A stretch of DNA of 36,387 bases from Candidatus Woesearchaeota archaeon (GTDB lineage: Archaea > Nanobdellota > Nanobdellia > Woesearchaeales > GW2011-AR4): assembly GCA_002686855.1 (NCBI GenBank), contig NYYQ01000012.1, forward strand, positions 1 through 36,387, given 5' to 3'. The notes under the pieces were generated by a model that was not told the origin of the DNA, did not search any database, and was given only the letters and a program-made list of their open reading frames with translations. Position 1 is the first letter of the stretch. Every line of letters begins with the position of its first letter. The position numbers were made by a program, and so were the translations under genes. This document shows positions 35,245-36,387 of the stretch, piece by piece.

Positions 35245-36120
35245 TTATTTTTTATCAAAAACATAACCAATCAGTTTATACATAACCTTTGCAGCAGCCA
35301 AATCAGAACTTACATCATCTTTTTTAGGGCATAATTCAACAACATCAAAACCAACAACATTTCTTTCCTTGCAGACTTTCCTCAAAAATCTAAGTATAGA
35401 ATAATACTGCAGCCCCCCTGGCTCCGGATTTCCAACAGCAGGCATCCATGAAGGATCAAGCCCATCCAGATCTATAGTAATGTAAACATTTTTTGAAAGC
35501 CTAGATATAGCATCATCAAACCATCCATCATTATCAACTACATCTTTCGCCCAAAAAATCTTTATATCTTTCTCTTTTGCAAAATCCGCTTCGTCGTGGT
35601 TAAGGCTTCTTATTCCTACAGGAACTAAATTTTGGCATATATCTAAGCATCTTTTCATTGCGCATCCATGATTAAACTTGCTATCATAGTTTTCTTCTTT
35701 TAAATCACCATGCGCATCCAATTGAAGAACAGAAAGCTCATCATACTTCTCAGCAAAGGCTTTTACACAACCAATAGTTATTGAATGTTCCCCGCCAAGA
35801 ATAATTGGGAATTTATTATCATTAATTAATTTCTTCACATTCTCAGAGACAACATTAACCATAACTTCAGATTCGTCATCTATTTTCAATTCATTTAATG
35901 TGCAAATTCCAACTTCACAACTATCCTGACCCAATTCTTCATCATAAAATTCAAGTTCTAATGAAGCTTTCAAAAGAGCACTAGGGCCATCTTTGGTTCC
36001 ATGAATATAAGTTGTTGTTTTCTCATAAGGAACTGACAATATAACAACTTTAGAATTTTCATAATTAGACAAAGGCTCGGGTAATTCAAAAAAATTATTT
36101 GGATATTTTATATATTCCAT
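35245..36120 (-). CDS. speB: Agmatinase (ureohydrolase family)
   Basis: GGEHSIT, QLDAHGDL, HGCAMKR, ITIDLDGLDPS, GNPEPGG, DVVELCP. Confidence 0.9.
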   Translation of the reverse strand: MEYIKYPNNFFELPEPLSNYENSKVVILSVPYEKTTTYIHGTKDGPSALLKASLELEFYDEELGQDSCEVGICTLNELKIDDESEVMVNVVSENVKKLINDNKFPIILGGEHSITIGCVKAFAEKYDELSVLQLDAHGDLKEENYDSKFNHGCAMKRCLDICQNLVPVGIRSLNHDEADFAKEKDIKIFWAKDVVDNDGWFDDAISRLSKNVYITIDLDGLDPSWMPAVGNPEPGGLQYYSILRFLRKVCKERNVVGFDVVELCPKKDDVSSDLAAAKVMYKLIGYVFDKK

Positions 36121-36143
36121 TTTTATGATTTATCTAGAACTGA

Positions 36144-36265
36144 TAGTCAAAAACCACATATCACAGATGGGTGGCATGTTTTTATTATAGCTATATTGTT
36201 CGGGTGGTTTTTGACTAAGCGAATTCCACCACTAATTTTCCACCAATCATAGGATTGGTAGAATT
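36144..36265. repeat. Third unit of the palindromic A+B hairpin repeat
   Basis: TAGTCAAAAACCAC…GTGGTTTTTGACTA, then AGCGAATTCCACCA…CCACCAATC ATAG GATTGGTAGAATT; homologous to 19860-20142. Confidence 0.85.
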
Positions 36266-36313
36266 TTAGCGTATTAAAATGTTTTTAATTATTTATTGAT
36301 AGAAATTGTAAAA

Positions 36314-36387
36314 TTAAGCCTTAAGATAAATGTGCTCCGGATGGCTTCTTGGAAAGTCTGTTCCCCTCTTCACTATATTTTTAGTAA
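36314..36387 (-). CDS. 3' end of a CDS entering from the right edge
   Basis: Open frame …TKNIVKRGTDFPRSHPEHIYLKA* ending at 36314, co-oriented with speB. Confidence 0.45.
   Translation of the reverse strand, partial: TKNIVKRGTDFPRSHPEHIYLKA

Overview
AT-rich archaeal genomic window, most consistent with a DPANN archaeon of the Woesearchaeales/Nanoarchaeota type. Evidence: RFC large subunit, S6e, aIF2-gamma, archaeal GlyRS/ValRS, TATA-box promoters about 25 nt before ATG, and BHB tRNA introns. It carries housekeeping genes (valS, rfcL, glyS, SSB, bacterial-type aspS, Ham1, rps6e, eif2g), a DUF1015-aminotransferase-serA operon, a yadGH-like ABC exporter, an AbrB-PhoU regulator and a speB-GNAT-GNAT cluster. 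It also carries a Tad/T4P-like secretion ATPase plus membrane platform, surrounded by an unannotated RHH gene, two coiled-coil genes and three paralogous membrane proteins. Structure not shown by the ORF track: (1) a tRNA-Phe(GAA) gene split by three non-canonical BHB-type introns; (2) a 135-bp AT-rich direct repeat bracketing the secretion ATPase; (3) a two-hairpin REP/MITE-like repeat in three copies; (4) an ~870-bp nested fold-back element enclosing a small cargo ORF; (5) a probable remote DGR target gene; (6) an IS200 tnpA remnant; (7) a regulator gene that appears to start at ATC. Family calls come from motif recognition by eye, not database searches.
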